NCBI RefSeq assembly: GCF_040218225.1
Contig: NZ_JAVJQO010000003.1
Location: 163,326 to 227,325, forward strand
Origin: Gracilimonas sp.
GTDB lineage: Bacteria > Bacteroidota > Rhodothermia > Balneolales > Balneolaceae
Direction: 5' to 3'
Length of the DNA: 64,000 nucleotides
This document shows positions 55,830 through 64,000 of this stretch, piece after piece. The position numbers and the translations under genes are program-made. Position 1 is the first letter of the stretch. Each line of letters begins with the position of its first letter. The notes under the pieces are model-generated. The model was given only the letters and a program-made list of their open reading frames with translations, made no database searches and was not told where the DNA came from.

Positions 55830-56546
55830 ATGCTTACAATTCCCGCTATCGATTTGTTAAATGGTCAGGCAGTCCGCCTTCACAAAGGATCATATGAAGA
55901 GGTTACGGTTTATGATAAATCTCCATTAAATCAGGCTCGAAAATTCCAGGAAGCAGGTTTTCATCACATTCACGTTGTGGACCTGAATGGTGCCAAAGAA
56001 GGATCATTTATCAACCTCCCTCACATCCGACAAATCATTGATGAGTTGGGGATTTCGGTTCAAACCGGCGGTGGCATTCGTACTTTTAATGATGTGAAAA
56101 TGCTGCTTGAAGCCGGACTTTCAAAAGTGATTTGTAGTTCCATGGCTATCAAGAATGAAGAAGACTGGCTTAAGTCCTTAGCTGAATTCCCTGATAAAAT
56201 GATTTTAGGCATGGATCTGAAAGACGGAAAAATAGCCTATTCCGGCTGGCTTGAAACTGCTGAAGAATCTGTTCAATCTTTTTTAAACAGGATGATTGAT
56301 CATGGGCTTCAGGAAGTTCTGTGTACTGACATCTCAAAAGATGGTACTCTTTCGGGTCCCAATTTCGATTTGTATAACGATCTCCAAAAGCAATTCCCCA
56401 ATATCCGGCTCATTGCTTCAGGAGGTGTTTCTTCTCTCGAGGATCTAAACCGACTGGATCAAGCAAATATCGATGCCGTTGTAGTAGGCAAGGCCTATTA
56501 CGAAGGAAGAATTACCCTAGAACAAATGAACCAGTTTAATTCCTGA
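55830..56546 (+). CDS. hisA: ProFAR isomerase (1-(5-phosphoribosyl)-5-[(5-phosphoribosylamino)methylideneamino]imidazole-4-carboxamide isomerase)
   Basis: 238 aa. It contains IPAIDLLNGQAVRL-KG, H-VDLNGA, QTGGGIR, DISKDGTL-GPN and ASGGVSS--D. Confidence 0.9.
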   Translation: MLTIPAIDLLNGQAVRLHKGSYEEVTVYDKSPLNQARKFQEAGFHHIHVVDLNGAKEGSFINLPHIRQIIDELGISVQTGGGIRTFNDVKMLLEAGLSKVICSSMAIKNEEDWLKSLAEFPDKMILGMDLKDGKIAYSGWLETAEESVQSFLNRMIDHGLQEVLCTDISKDGTLSGPNFDLYNDLQKQFPNIRLIASGGVSSLEDLNRLDQANIDAVVVGKAYYEGRITLEQMNQFNS

Positions 56547-56551
56547 ATCAA

Positions 56552-57793
56552 TTATCCATTAGGGTTTTTAACTTTCCCCATAAAGAGAATAGCCCCGCTG
56601 TTTTGTTCACGAATCATGAAAACAAAGGGACGGTTTACAGAAAATATTTGTGGCGCTGAAGTAACCTCCATGCCAACTGATGTAACTGCAGCTGCTTCCG
56701 TGCCTTTTTCGTCTACTTTGACAAACGTCTTATGCATTACCTCACTTATAAATAGTTCGGCTTCTGGGTTTATTCCAGAAAAGTCGGCTTGGGTAGCGTC
56801 AAATGGAATTTCCATTCCCATAGACTTCAGGATGTCGTTCATTTTAATCTTGTACTTCAATTCAAACTTTGGAAGGTAGATCGGAGCGTCCTGACCCGAA
56901 AGGCTGGCAATCCAGTTATCAAACCTTTCTTTCGTTAAATCCTCAGCTATAAAATCATCAATCGGTTTTTCATCGTCAGCCGGCATCATAACAGTCATGC
57001 TAAACAGGCTATCCCCATAAGGAAGGTCTATCATATGCACGTCTTCATTCCTGTGAATATTAAACACGCGTTCCTGAGTCATCATATCTACTGATTCCTG
57101 GCCTCCTTCTTCAAGGAAAAAAGAACGCTCACGGGTTTCTTTTTTGTCAAACTGATTGGTCCAGTCACCCTGAAAATAGATAGCATTAATCAGGTACATG
57201 ACCATTTCGGGAGGAATTTGCCCGTCTATAATCTTATCGATAAGTCCATTTGTATTATTTTCTACCCACTTATTTATTATATCGGCAGACTTAGCATCTG
57301 CAAAATCAAGTTCACGCGTTGTTGCATAAAAATATTCTTCAAGGGTGTTGTTAAAAGATTCCTGAACAGTAAAGCCCTCTCTGTTCCAAACCGAGTTCGC
57401 AATTTGCATTTTCACTTTGGGATCAGCTTGCGTCAACAGTTTTATCAATGACTGATATCCTTGATTGATTTCCTCCTGGCTCAAGCCATGAAACTCTAAT
57501 GTTTCACGGATTTGTTCAAATGTCTCACCTTCAGCTCCATTCATCGTCATTCCCAGCGCCACCGAAATACTTAGCGGTGAAATGAAGACGTTTTCCGATG
57601 AGTCTCCGGCTACTGTGCTTTTAAATACATTGAATCCGAAAGACTGCCCGTCTGCAACCAACTTTTTCTCTACTGCTGAAAGTTCTCTTGATAATTCCCC
57701 CTTCGAATCTGGTCCGGCAACGTCCGATGTACAGCTATGTAAAACTAAAAATGCGGGCAGCAATAAAAATGTAAGTAAACGATTGGCTCTCAT
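56552..57793 (-). CDS. serpin-family protease inhibitor, predicted lipoprotein
   Basis: 413 aa with a lipobox-like LVLHSC. It has the serpin hinge and reactive-centre loop DEKGTEAAAVTSVGMEVTSAPQIFSVNRPFVFMIRE and the C-terminus ILFMGKVKNP. Confidence 0.9.
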   Translation of the reverse strand: MRANRLLTFLLLPAFLVLHSCTSDVAGPDSKGELSRELSAVEKKLVADGQSFGFNVFKSTVAGDSSENVFISPLSISVALGMTMNGAEGETFEQIRETLEFHGLSQEEINQGYQSLIKLLTQADPKVKMQIANSVWNREGFTVQESFNNTLEEYFYATTRELDFADAKSADIINKWVENNTNGLIDKIIDGQIPPEMVMYLINAIYFQGDWTNQFDKKETRERSFFLEEGGQESVDMMTQERVFNIHRNEDVHMIDLPYGDSLFSMTVMMPADDEKPIDDFIAEDLTKERFDNWIASLSGQDAPIYLPKFELKYKIKMNDILKSMGMEIPFDATQADFSGINPEAELFISEVMHKTFVKVDEKGTEAAAVTSVGMEVTSAPQIFSVNRPFVFMIREQNSGAILFMGKVKNPNG

Positions 57794-57856
57794 ACTGTTC
57801 TCCTGTTTGATGTCAACACAATATATTAAATGAAAAACCCTGAATAAAATTGTGCA

Positions 57857-58684
57857 TCATTTTTGCCCAACAATTTTATCCGCTCTGCCCAAAATATACA
57901 CTTTGCCTTTTTGATCAATAAAGCCCCGGTCTCCGCTGTTGTATTCCTCATGGGTGAATGCTGTTTCAGATTGAATATAGATCGGAGCTGGTTTTTCCAA
58001 CGAGCCATCACTACGAAGCGTTACTCCTTTTATGGGATGTCCACAGCAGAGGTAATCAATGTCGTCAGCAGGTTCTGTACTTCTTCTTTTGTGAGCCGCA
58101 ATCAAGCCTCCGGCTTCTGTTTGTCCGTATCCCTGAATGGTAAATTCACAGTGATGTTCTAACATTTCTAATTCGCCTTCTTCCAAAGAATAGCCTCCAA
58201 ACACGACATTAGTAACAAACCAATCATTTCCATACAAAGCTCTTAAAACGGCCGGTACAGTCATCAGGAAGTCTGGCGAAAAATCCTGAACGCTTTTTAA
58301 CCATTTGTTACCCTCTCCTTTTTTTGTGGTAATGAATTGGTATTCACATCCAAGTTCTTCAGCCATAATCGCCCAACTGAGCCCTGCCACATGCCAGGGT
58401 GCGGCCATCATCAGTAAACGATGATGAGGTTTCACCCCGAAAGCTTCTGCCGTATACCGAGCATTACTGACCAGATTTGTATAGCTATTCCAAATCGCTT
58501 TTGGTAAACCCGTTGTACCACTTGAAAATAACCCTATATACTTTTGATCAGAGTCTGGGCTATCGATTTGCGGATTTCTATCTGCCATTTTGGGAGGTAT
58601 CAAAAGCTGGGAGTATGTGCTTTCAATAACTTCCCGAACAATTACCTGACCCGACTCCTCAATATTTGTATTCTTAAAATTCAT
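57857..58684 (-). CDS. adenylate-forming (ANL) enzyme fragment: N-terminal domain core only (possible pseudogene or minimal variant)
   Basis: 275 aa. It has SSGTTGLPKA (A3), GYGQTEAG (A5), SGDRG (A7) and ILGRADKIV (A8). The stop comes 3 codons after A8, and only about 55 aa precede the P-loop. Confidence 0.65.
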   Translation of the reverse strand: MNFKNTNIEESGQVIVREVIESTYSQLLIPPKMADRNPQIDSPDSDQKYIGLFSSGTTGLPKAIWNSYTNLVSNARYTAEAFGVKPHHRLLMMAAPWHVAGLSWAIMAEELGCEYQFITTKKGEGNKWLKSVQDFSPDFLMTVPAVLRALYGNDWFVTNVVFGGYSLEEGELEMLEHHCEFTIQGYGQTEAGGLIAAHKRRSTEPADDIDYLCCGHPIKGVTLRSDGSLEKPAPIYIQSETAFTHEEYNSGDRGFIDQKGKVYILGRADKIVGQK

Positions 58685-58876
58685 ATCCTCATTGTTTTTT
58701 GCAGTGTAACTTAAAATTGACTCTTTAGGTTCACCGTCTCTTCGTGCTTATTTCACTAACACAGGGTTTGATAATTTTCTATATTTGGAGCCTAATTTTT
58801 AACCAAGCAGGATGTGGAAAATAATAAACCAGCACAACTCTGTATCCGTAGTGTTTAAGCAGATTTTTAGAACCCT

Positions 58877-59635
58877 ATGCTCACAAAAAGAATTATTCCC
58901 TGCCTGGATATAAAAGACGGGCGAACCGTCAAAGGCGTTAATTTTGAAGGACTCAGGGACGCAGGTGATCCGGTGGAATTAGCCAAACGATACAGCGAGG
59001 AAGGCGCCGATGAACTGGTTTTCCTTGATATTACCGCAACTCTTGAAAAGAGGAAAACCCTGGTTGAGCTGGTTAAAAGAATAGCTGCAGAAATAAATAT
59101 CCCATTTACGGTAGGCGGGGGAATCAAAACCGTAGATGAAATTGAAGAATTACTTAAATCAGGTGCCGATAAGGTTTCACTCAATAGCAGCATCGTCAAA
59201 AACCCGGACCTCATCAATCAAGCTTCAGATGCGTTTGGTGCACAGGCAATTGTGGCTGCTGTAGATGCCAAGAAAAATAAAGACAGCTGGAATGTGTACA
59301 TCAAAGGGGGAACTGAAGACACCGGTCTGGATGCCATTGATTGGATGCAGGAAGTAGAAGAACGAGGGGCCGGGGAAATTTTGCTTACCAGCATGGACCG
59401 TGATGGCACTAAAAGCGGCTTCGATATCGAAATCTTAGAAAAGGTAAACAGTCTTGTAAATATTCCGGTAATAGCCAGCGGCGGTGCCGGAACTATTGAA
59501 CATTGTATCGAGGCAATTACTAAAGGAAATGCGGATGCAGTGCTGGCTGCGAGTATTTTTCACTTTAAAGAAATAGAGATTAAAGAGCTTAAGAAGCACA
59601 TGCAGGCCGCTAACATTGAAGTAAGATATAGCTAA
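58877..59635 (+). CDS. hisF: imidazole glycerol phosphate synthase, cyclase subunit
   Basis: 252 aa. It contains [42 protein letters not shown] and ASGGAG. Confidence 0.95.
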   Translation: MLTKRIIPCLDIKDGRTVKGVNFEGLRDAGDPVELAKRYSEEGADELVFLDITATLEKRKTLVELVKRIAAEINIPFTVGGGIKTVDEIEELLKSGADKVSLNSSIVKNPDLINQASDAFGAQAIVAAVDAKKNKDSWNVYIKGGTEDTGLDAIDWMQEVEERGAGEILLTSMDRDGTKSGFDIEILEKVNSLVNIPVIASGGAGTIEHCIEAITKGNADAVLAASIFHFKEIEIKELKKHMQAANIEVRYS

Positions 59636-59956
59636 TCTCCCCTTTTCTCTACGCACAAACATTCTCTTCTTTGCGCATATTATTTGCACATTTTATTTTC
59701 TGAACTAAATAAATTTTTTTCATTATAAACCTAATTTATTTAGGCAAAGAGCGAACGTGTATTGTAAGCGCTTTTCCAGTAGCTCAAGTATGATTCCATG
59801 GTTAAAAAAGAGTTTTAGAAAGACAAAAAAGCATAAAAATCATTATTAAAACATCATTAAAATAGGTTTTTCATTAATTCGATAATTTGACAAACTCGGA
59901 AAAATTGTGCTTTTTGTGTGTACTCATCTCGCCTTACCATCGAAGTAGAAAATATT

Positions 59957-62900
59957 ATGGACCGAAATAATTTAAGTTATACCGGCGAAGAAAAATCCGC
60001 ATGCGGTGTGGGTTTTATTGCCAGCCGAAAAGGAGTATTTGCAAACGAACATTTGAAAAGCGGATTACATGCCCTGAAGTGTGTGGAACACCGTGGAGCC
60101 TGCGGCGCCGATGGCGTGACCGGTGATGGAGCCGGCATCATGACTGACATACCTTTCAATATGTTTGGTTATGATCAGGATACGGTAGCAATCGCAACTC
60201 TATTCCTGACCACCGATGAGGTAAAACAAAGCCAAAGCCTGAACATCTTTGAAAAAACATTCGACTTCTTTGGCCTGAAAATTTTAGAGTATCGGGATGT
60301 TCCCGTCAATCCTGAGGTGCTTGGCAGAGAAGCGAAAAAATCTCTACCAGTCATTAAACAGGTTGTTATTGAGCGGCCACAACGTTCTCGCACAGATCTT
60401 TCCTTCGACAAACTTTTGTACCAGGCTAAACAGCTTACCATGTCTAAATTATATTCTAGTGAATTAGTCGGAAATTTGTTTTTCACTTCCCTCTCGGCTA
60501 AGACCATTGTATACAAAGGACTGTGCAAGGCAGAAGCACTTGAAGAGTTTTATCCCGATTTAAAGAATCCGGACTACAAGACCCGCTTCACCCTTTTTCA
60601 CCGTCGTTTTAGTACCAACACCCGTACTTCTTGGGATAAGGTTCAGCCTTTCCGCCTGATTGGACACAATGGCGAGATCAATACCATTGCCGGAAACCGA
60701 TCGTGGGCTAAGTCCCGCGAAAAAATGATTGGTGCAGAAAAGTATGAATTGCTTACCCGCAAAGGGATTAGTGACTCGGGCAGTTTCAATGAAATGGTGG
60801 AAGCCATGCGCTATCGCAGCGGAGTACCGAATGTGGAAGATATTCTGGCATTAATGGTGCCCCCAGCTAATCAGAACAATGAATTTTACACCTTTTGGAG
60901 CCGAGCCATGGAACCCTGGGATGGCCCTGCATTTATCTCTTATGCAAATGGGTATACCATTGGTGCCCGACTCGATCGTAATGGATTCCGCCCGGCAAGA
61001 TGGGCCCGAACCAAAGATCATTTCTACCTTTCTTCTGAAGCAGGCACGTTTGAGATTGATCAATCTATTATTGATGCCAAAGGAACCTTGTTTGCCGGAC
61101 GTGGCGTAACTCTGGATCTTAGTTCCGGAGAAGTACATTTTCGCGATCCAAGCCACTCCAGGGAAAACAAAGATGCCAAGCTTGATGCCCGGCTTACCCC
61201 TATTCCGGAAACTATAGGTAAGCAGAAAGAGTCTTATTTAGAGAAACTTCCGGTTTTCAGTTATACAGATGAGGAACTCAGCAAAGTGATTTACCCAATG
61301 GCTGAAACCGGAAAAGAGCCTGTTGGCTCTATGGGTGATACTGCCCGGCTTGCGGTGTTATCAACCGAGCCCCGTTCTTTCTTTGATCATTTTTACCAAA
61401 ATTTCTCTCAGGTTACCAATCCTCCGCTCGATTATATTCGTGAGCAGGTAGTAACCGACCTGAATACACATCTTGGTAAGAAGCCAAATATTTTTGAGCC
61501 CAAAGAATTGATTCCCCCTGCTCCGGCTTTCTTGTTAAAAAGCCCATTTTTAAGCCTATCACAAATGGATCATCTGCAGTCTTTATTGGGTAAGGATCTC
61601 AGTGAAGAGCGTATTGTTCCGGTTCAGCTTTCAATGACCTTCAAGCGTACACATGGTGTGGTTGGCTTCAAAGCAAAACTTAAAGAACTGGCTGATTCAG
61701 CGATTAAAGCTGCAGAAAAAGGACACAGTATTATCATTTTAAGTGATCGGGATGCTTCTTACGAATACCCGGCTATTCCTTCTTTGCTGGCGCTCAGAAC
61801 AGTGGTAAACAACCTGAATGAGCAAGGATTACGCCTTAATGCCTCTGTGGTCATTGATTCAGGTGAGGTTAAGAATACACATCACGCAGCCGCTTTAATC
61901 GGCTTTGGAGCCTACGCAGTTTGTCCATACATGGCACTGGATATTGCACGGAATGATGATAACCGTGCACTCAAAGATCTGGATGCTGATACCAAAGAAC
62001 GAAACTTCCTGCATGCTCTTGAACAGGGATTACTAAAGATTATGGCGAAATGTGGAATTTCAGTGGTTCGCAGTTATCAAAGTGCGAAACTGTTCTCTGC
62101 TGTTGGACTGGATAAGCAGGTAATTCAGGATTTCTTTCCGGGCATTCAAAGTCCGATTGGCGGAATTACCCTCGATCAAATTGGAGAGTTGGTTCTCGAA
62201 AGAACCAAACACTTGCATGGTGAAGACCTCAGCGAGGTGAAACCGCTGAAGACTTATCAGTACAAAGAGCATGCCCGTGGCAAGATGGGCGAGAAGCACT
62301 CTATGACGAGTTCGCGCTCAAAGGCTATACATGAATTGGTTCGGGATAAAGAGCTTGACCTGACAGACATGAAGCTTTTTGATGAATACCTGAAAGCTGG
62401 TCATAAGGATGAGCCTGTTGCATTACGTCATCTGCTGGACACTAAAAAAACAGATGAACCGCTCGATTTGGAAAAAATGGATTCCATTGATCACATCCTT
62501 CAGAAATTCGGGTCCGGTGCAATGTCGTTCGGCGCCATTAGTGCCGAAGCACAACGCGACATTTTTCGCGCGATGAAAGAAATTGGAGGGCGCTGTAACA
62601 GCGGTGAAGGTGGGGAAAACCCTTACTATTACTCCGAAGGAATTACCGCTTCTGTAAAACAGATTGCCTCGGGACGGTTTGGAGTAAATGCGGAGTATTT
62701 AATTGCTGGTGATGAAATCCAGATTAAAATTTGTCAGGGAGCCAAGCCTGGTGAAGGTGGACAGCTGATGGGTATAAAGGTTACCGAAGATATTGCCCGA
62801 GCCCGTTTTGCAAATCCGGGTTTCGACCTAATCTCTCCTCCTCCGCTTCATGATATTTACAGTATTGAGGATCTAAAGCAATTAATTCACGACCTGAAGC

Positions 62901-64000
62901 AACTTCACCCCGGCGGTAAAGTTAGTGTAAAATTGGTTTCCGGAGTGAATATTGGAACCATTGCTGTGGGTGTAGCCAAGGCTGGAGCCGACATCATTCA
63001 GGTTTCGGGTGGCGAAGGTGGTACCGGAGCAGCCTCCCTCAGTTCTATGAAACATGCCGGGCTTCCATGGGAAATCGGTCTTCCTGAAGTTCATCAGGCG
63101 CTTGTAGAAAATGATTTACGAGACCATGTTATACTGCGAACCGATGGCGGACTTTCCTCTGGTAAAGATATTGTACTAGCCTCCATCTTAGGGGCCGAAG
63201 AATTTGATTTCGGAAAGCTTCTGCTTATAGCTGAAGGGTGCATCATGGCACGTATTTGTGAAAAAAACACCTGCCCAACTGGCATTGCTACTCACGATCA
63301 AAAATTCAAAGACAAATATAAAGGCCATAAAGATCACATTGTTGACACTCTGAAGTATCTGGCTGAAGATGTACGCCGTGAGCTTTCAAAAATTGGAGCT
63401 TCTTCTCTGGATGAAGTGTTCGGACAAACCCAATATCTGCAAATGCATCCGGACCGTGAGGAACTCATTAAAGAGAAAAATTTTGATCTGAGTTACTTCC
63501 TGAATGCACCCTCTTACGCTAAAGAAAGTGACCTGGAAGGCTTATCTGATCCGGTTAGTTCCTTAAATGTAAGTTTGGTTTCAGATACAGAAAAAGCTAT
63601 CAAAAACAACGAAGACTATAGTAACGAATACAAGATCTACAATACTGACCGATCAGCACTTGCTACTTTGTTTGGTGAGCTTTCGAGAAACATGAATAAG
63701 CAGCGCCTGAAAGAAATTAAAGAGGGTAAAGAGTTTAAAAATCCATATAACAAAACAATCTCGCTTGCTTTCAAAGGAAGCGCCGGACAGAGTTTTGGAG
63801 TCTTCCAAACGGGGGGTGTAAACATCCGCTTGGTTGGGGAAGCAAACGATTCGGTCTGTAAATCTATGTCGGGTGGACGAACCGTTATTGTTCCTCCTGA
63901 AGAAGCTAAGTTTGAACCCAGCGAAAACGCCATCATTGGTAACTGTGCAATTTATGGAGCAACAGGCGGCACCTTCTATGTGCATGGCCAGGCTGGCGAT
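59957..64000 (+). CDS. gltB: glutamate synthase large subunit, N-terminal ~1348 codons; continues beyond the right edge
   Basis: Absent from the ORF track because the frame stays open to nt 64000. ATG 59957 gives MDRNNLSYTGEEKSACGVGFIA (amidotransferase Cys). Further on are FHRRFSTNT-TSW---QPFR-IGHNGEINTI-GNR and the FMN-domain blocks SGAMSFGA...GEGGE...KQIASGRFGV...KI-QGAKPGEGGQL. Confidence 0.95.
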   Translation, partial: MDRNNLSYTGEEKSACGVGFIASRKGVFANEHLKSGLHALKCVEHRGACGADGVTGDGAGIMTDIPFNMFGYDQDTVAIATLFLTTDEVKQSQSLNIFEKTFDFFGLKILEYRDVPVNPEVLGREAKKSLPVIKQVVIERPQRSRTDLSFDKLLYQAKQLTMSKLYSSELVGNLFFTSLSAKTIVYKGLCKAEALEEFYPDLKNPDYKTRFTLFHRRFSTNTRTSWDKVQPFRLIGHNGEINTIAGNRSWAKSREKMIGAEKYELLTRKGISDSGSFNEMVEAMRYRSGVPNVEDILALMVPPANQNNEFYTFWSRAMEPWDGPAFISYANGYTIGARLDRNGFRPARWARTKDHFYLSSEAGTFEIDQSIIDAKGTLFAGRGVTLDLSSGEVHFRDPSHSRENKDAKLDARLTPIPETIGKQKESYLEKLPVFSYTDEELSKVIYPMAETGKEPVGSMGDTARLAVLSTEPRSFFDHFYQNFSQVTNPPLDYIREQVVTDLNTHLGKKPNIFEPKELIPPAPAFLLKSPFLSLSQMDHLQSLLGKDLSEERIVPVQLSMTFKRTHGVVGFKAKLKELADSAIKAAEKGHSIIILSDRDASYEYPAIPSLLALRTVVNNLNEQGLRLNASVVIDSGEVKNTHHAAALIGFGAYAVCPYMALDIARNDDNRALKDLDADTKERNFLHALEQGLLKIMAKCGISVVRSYQSAKLFSAVGLDKQVIQDFFPGIQSPIGGITLDQIGELVLERTKHLHGEDLSEVKPLKTYQYKEHARGKMGEKHSMTSSRSKAIHELVRDKELDLTDMKLFDEYLKAGHKDEPVALRHLLDTKKTDEPLDLEKMDSIDHILQKFGSGAMSFGAISAEAQRDIFRAMKEIGGRCNSGEGGENPYYYSEGITASVKQIASGRFGVNAEYLIAGDEIQIKICQGAKPGEGGQLMGIKVTEDIARARFANPGFDLISPPPLHDIYSIEDLKQLIHDLKQLHPGGKVSVKLVSGVNIGTIAVGVAKAGADIIQVSGGEGGTGAASLSSMKHAGLPWEIGLPEVHQALVENDLRDHVILRTDGGLSSGKDIVLASILGAEEFDFGKLLLIAEGCIMARICEKNTCPTGIATHDQKFKDKYKGHKDHIVDTLKYLAEDVRRELSKIGASSLDEVFGQTQYLQMHPDREELIKEKNFDLSYFLNAPSYAKESDLEGLSDPVSSLNVSLVSDTEKAIKNNEDYSNEYKIYNTDRSALATLFGELSRNMNKQRLKEIKEGKEFKNPYNKTISLAFKGSAGQSFGVFQTGGVNIRLVGEANDSVCKSMSGGRTVIVPPEEAKFEPSENAIIGNCAIYGATGGTFYVHGQAGD

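Noticed and set aside
55585-55860. 91-aa plus-strand ORF upstream of hisA
   Set aside because: It overlaps the hisA start and lies in the divergent promoter region. I recognise no family, and the composition is not convincing.
58767-58787. TATATTTG (58780-58787) as a Bacteroidota -7 box for hisF
   Set aside because: The only upstream TTTG (58767-58770) is just 9 nt away, whereas about 19-21 nt is expected. The box alone is too weak to call a promoter.
58867-59217. 116-aa ORF antisense to hisF, and 63637-63985 ORFs antisense to gltB
   Set aside because: They lie opposite unambiguous housekeeping genes and give S/P/L-rich shadow translations.
1-64000. CRISPR arrays, rRNA genes, additional tRNAs, insertion sequences
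   Set aside because: I scanned the intergenic regions for regularly spaced repeats, T-loop GGTTC(G/A)A motifs and terminal inverted repeats. I found nothing beyond the single tRNA at 25121-25194.

Overview
This 64-kb chromosomal window reads like an FCB-group genome (Bacteroidota/Balneolota-like). That placement is an inference from two T9SS C-terminal sorting domains, a SusC/SusD pair and a TAnnTTTG-type promoter box. I count about 55 protein genes and one tRNA(CAU). I see no rRNA, no CRISPR array and no recognisable transposase, integrase or phage gene.

Core content, left to right:
- a partial imelysin-like gene at the left edge;
- a collinear seven-gene heme operon, hemA-hemC-hemD-hemE-hemF-hemB-hemL (minus strand, 2.7-9.9 kb);
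- an aldo/keto reductase;
- envelope housekeeping genes (DUF368, pcm, lgt, lepB, lepA, rlmN);
- metal and envelope-stress genes (P1B-4-type ATPase, MscS, peroxiredoxin-like protein, and an ECF sigma module flanked by two Spy/CpxP-like proteins);
- an Att-like ABC system (ATPase, double-FtsX permease, AttH/CrtC-like protein);
- two giant T9SS cargo proteins (FG-GAP/VCBS, 994 aa; triple LamG, 1195 aa);
- scattered his genes (hisE, hisA, hisF), with a serpin and a truncated adenylate-forming enzyme wedged between hisA and hisF;
- the first ~4 kb of gltB, running off the right edge.

The most unusual part is a clearly lower-G+C block of about 12 kb (roughly 12.9-25.1 kb) that ends at the tRNA. It carries a secreted ankyrin protein and a SusC/SusD pair. 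Four exported non-CAZyme proteins follow the pair: a DinB-fold protein, an NTF2/SnoaL-like protein, a PD40 propeller and a YD-like repeat protein. A LytTR/LytS-type two-component system sits next to them. This is my best candidate for an undescribed outer-membrane uptake or processing system.

All calls come from reading the supplied translations and from my own hand translation. No database search was possible.
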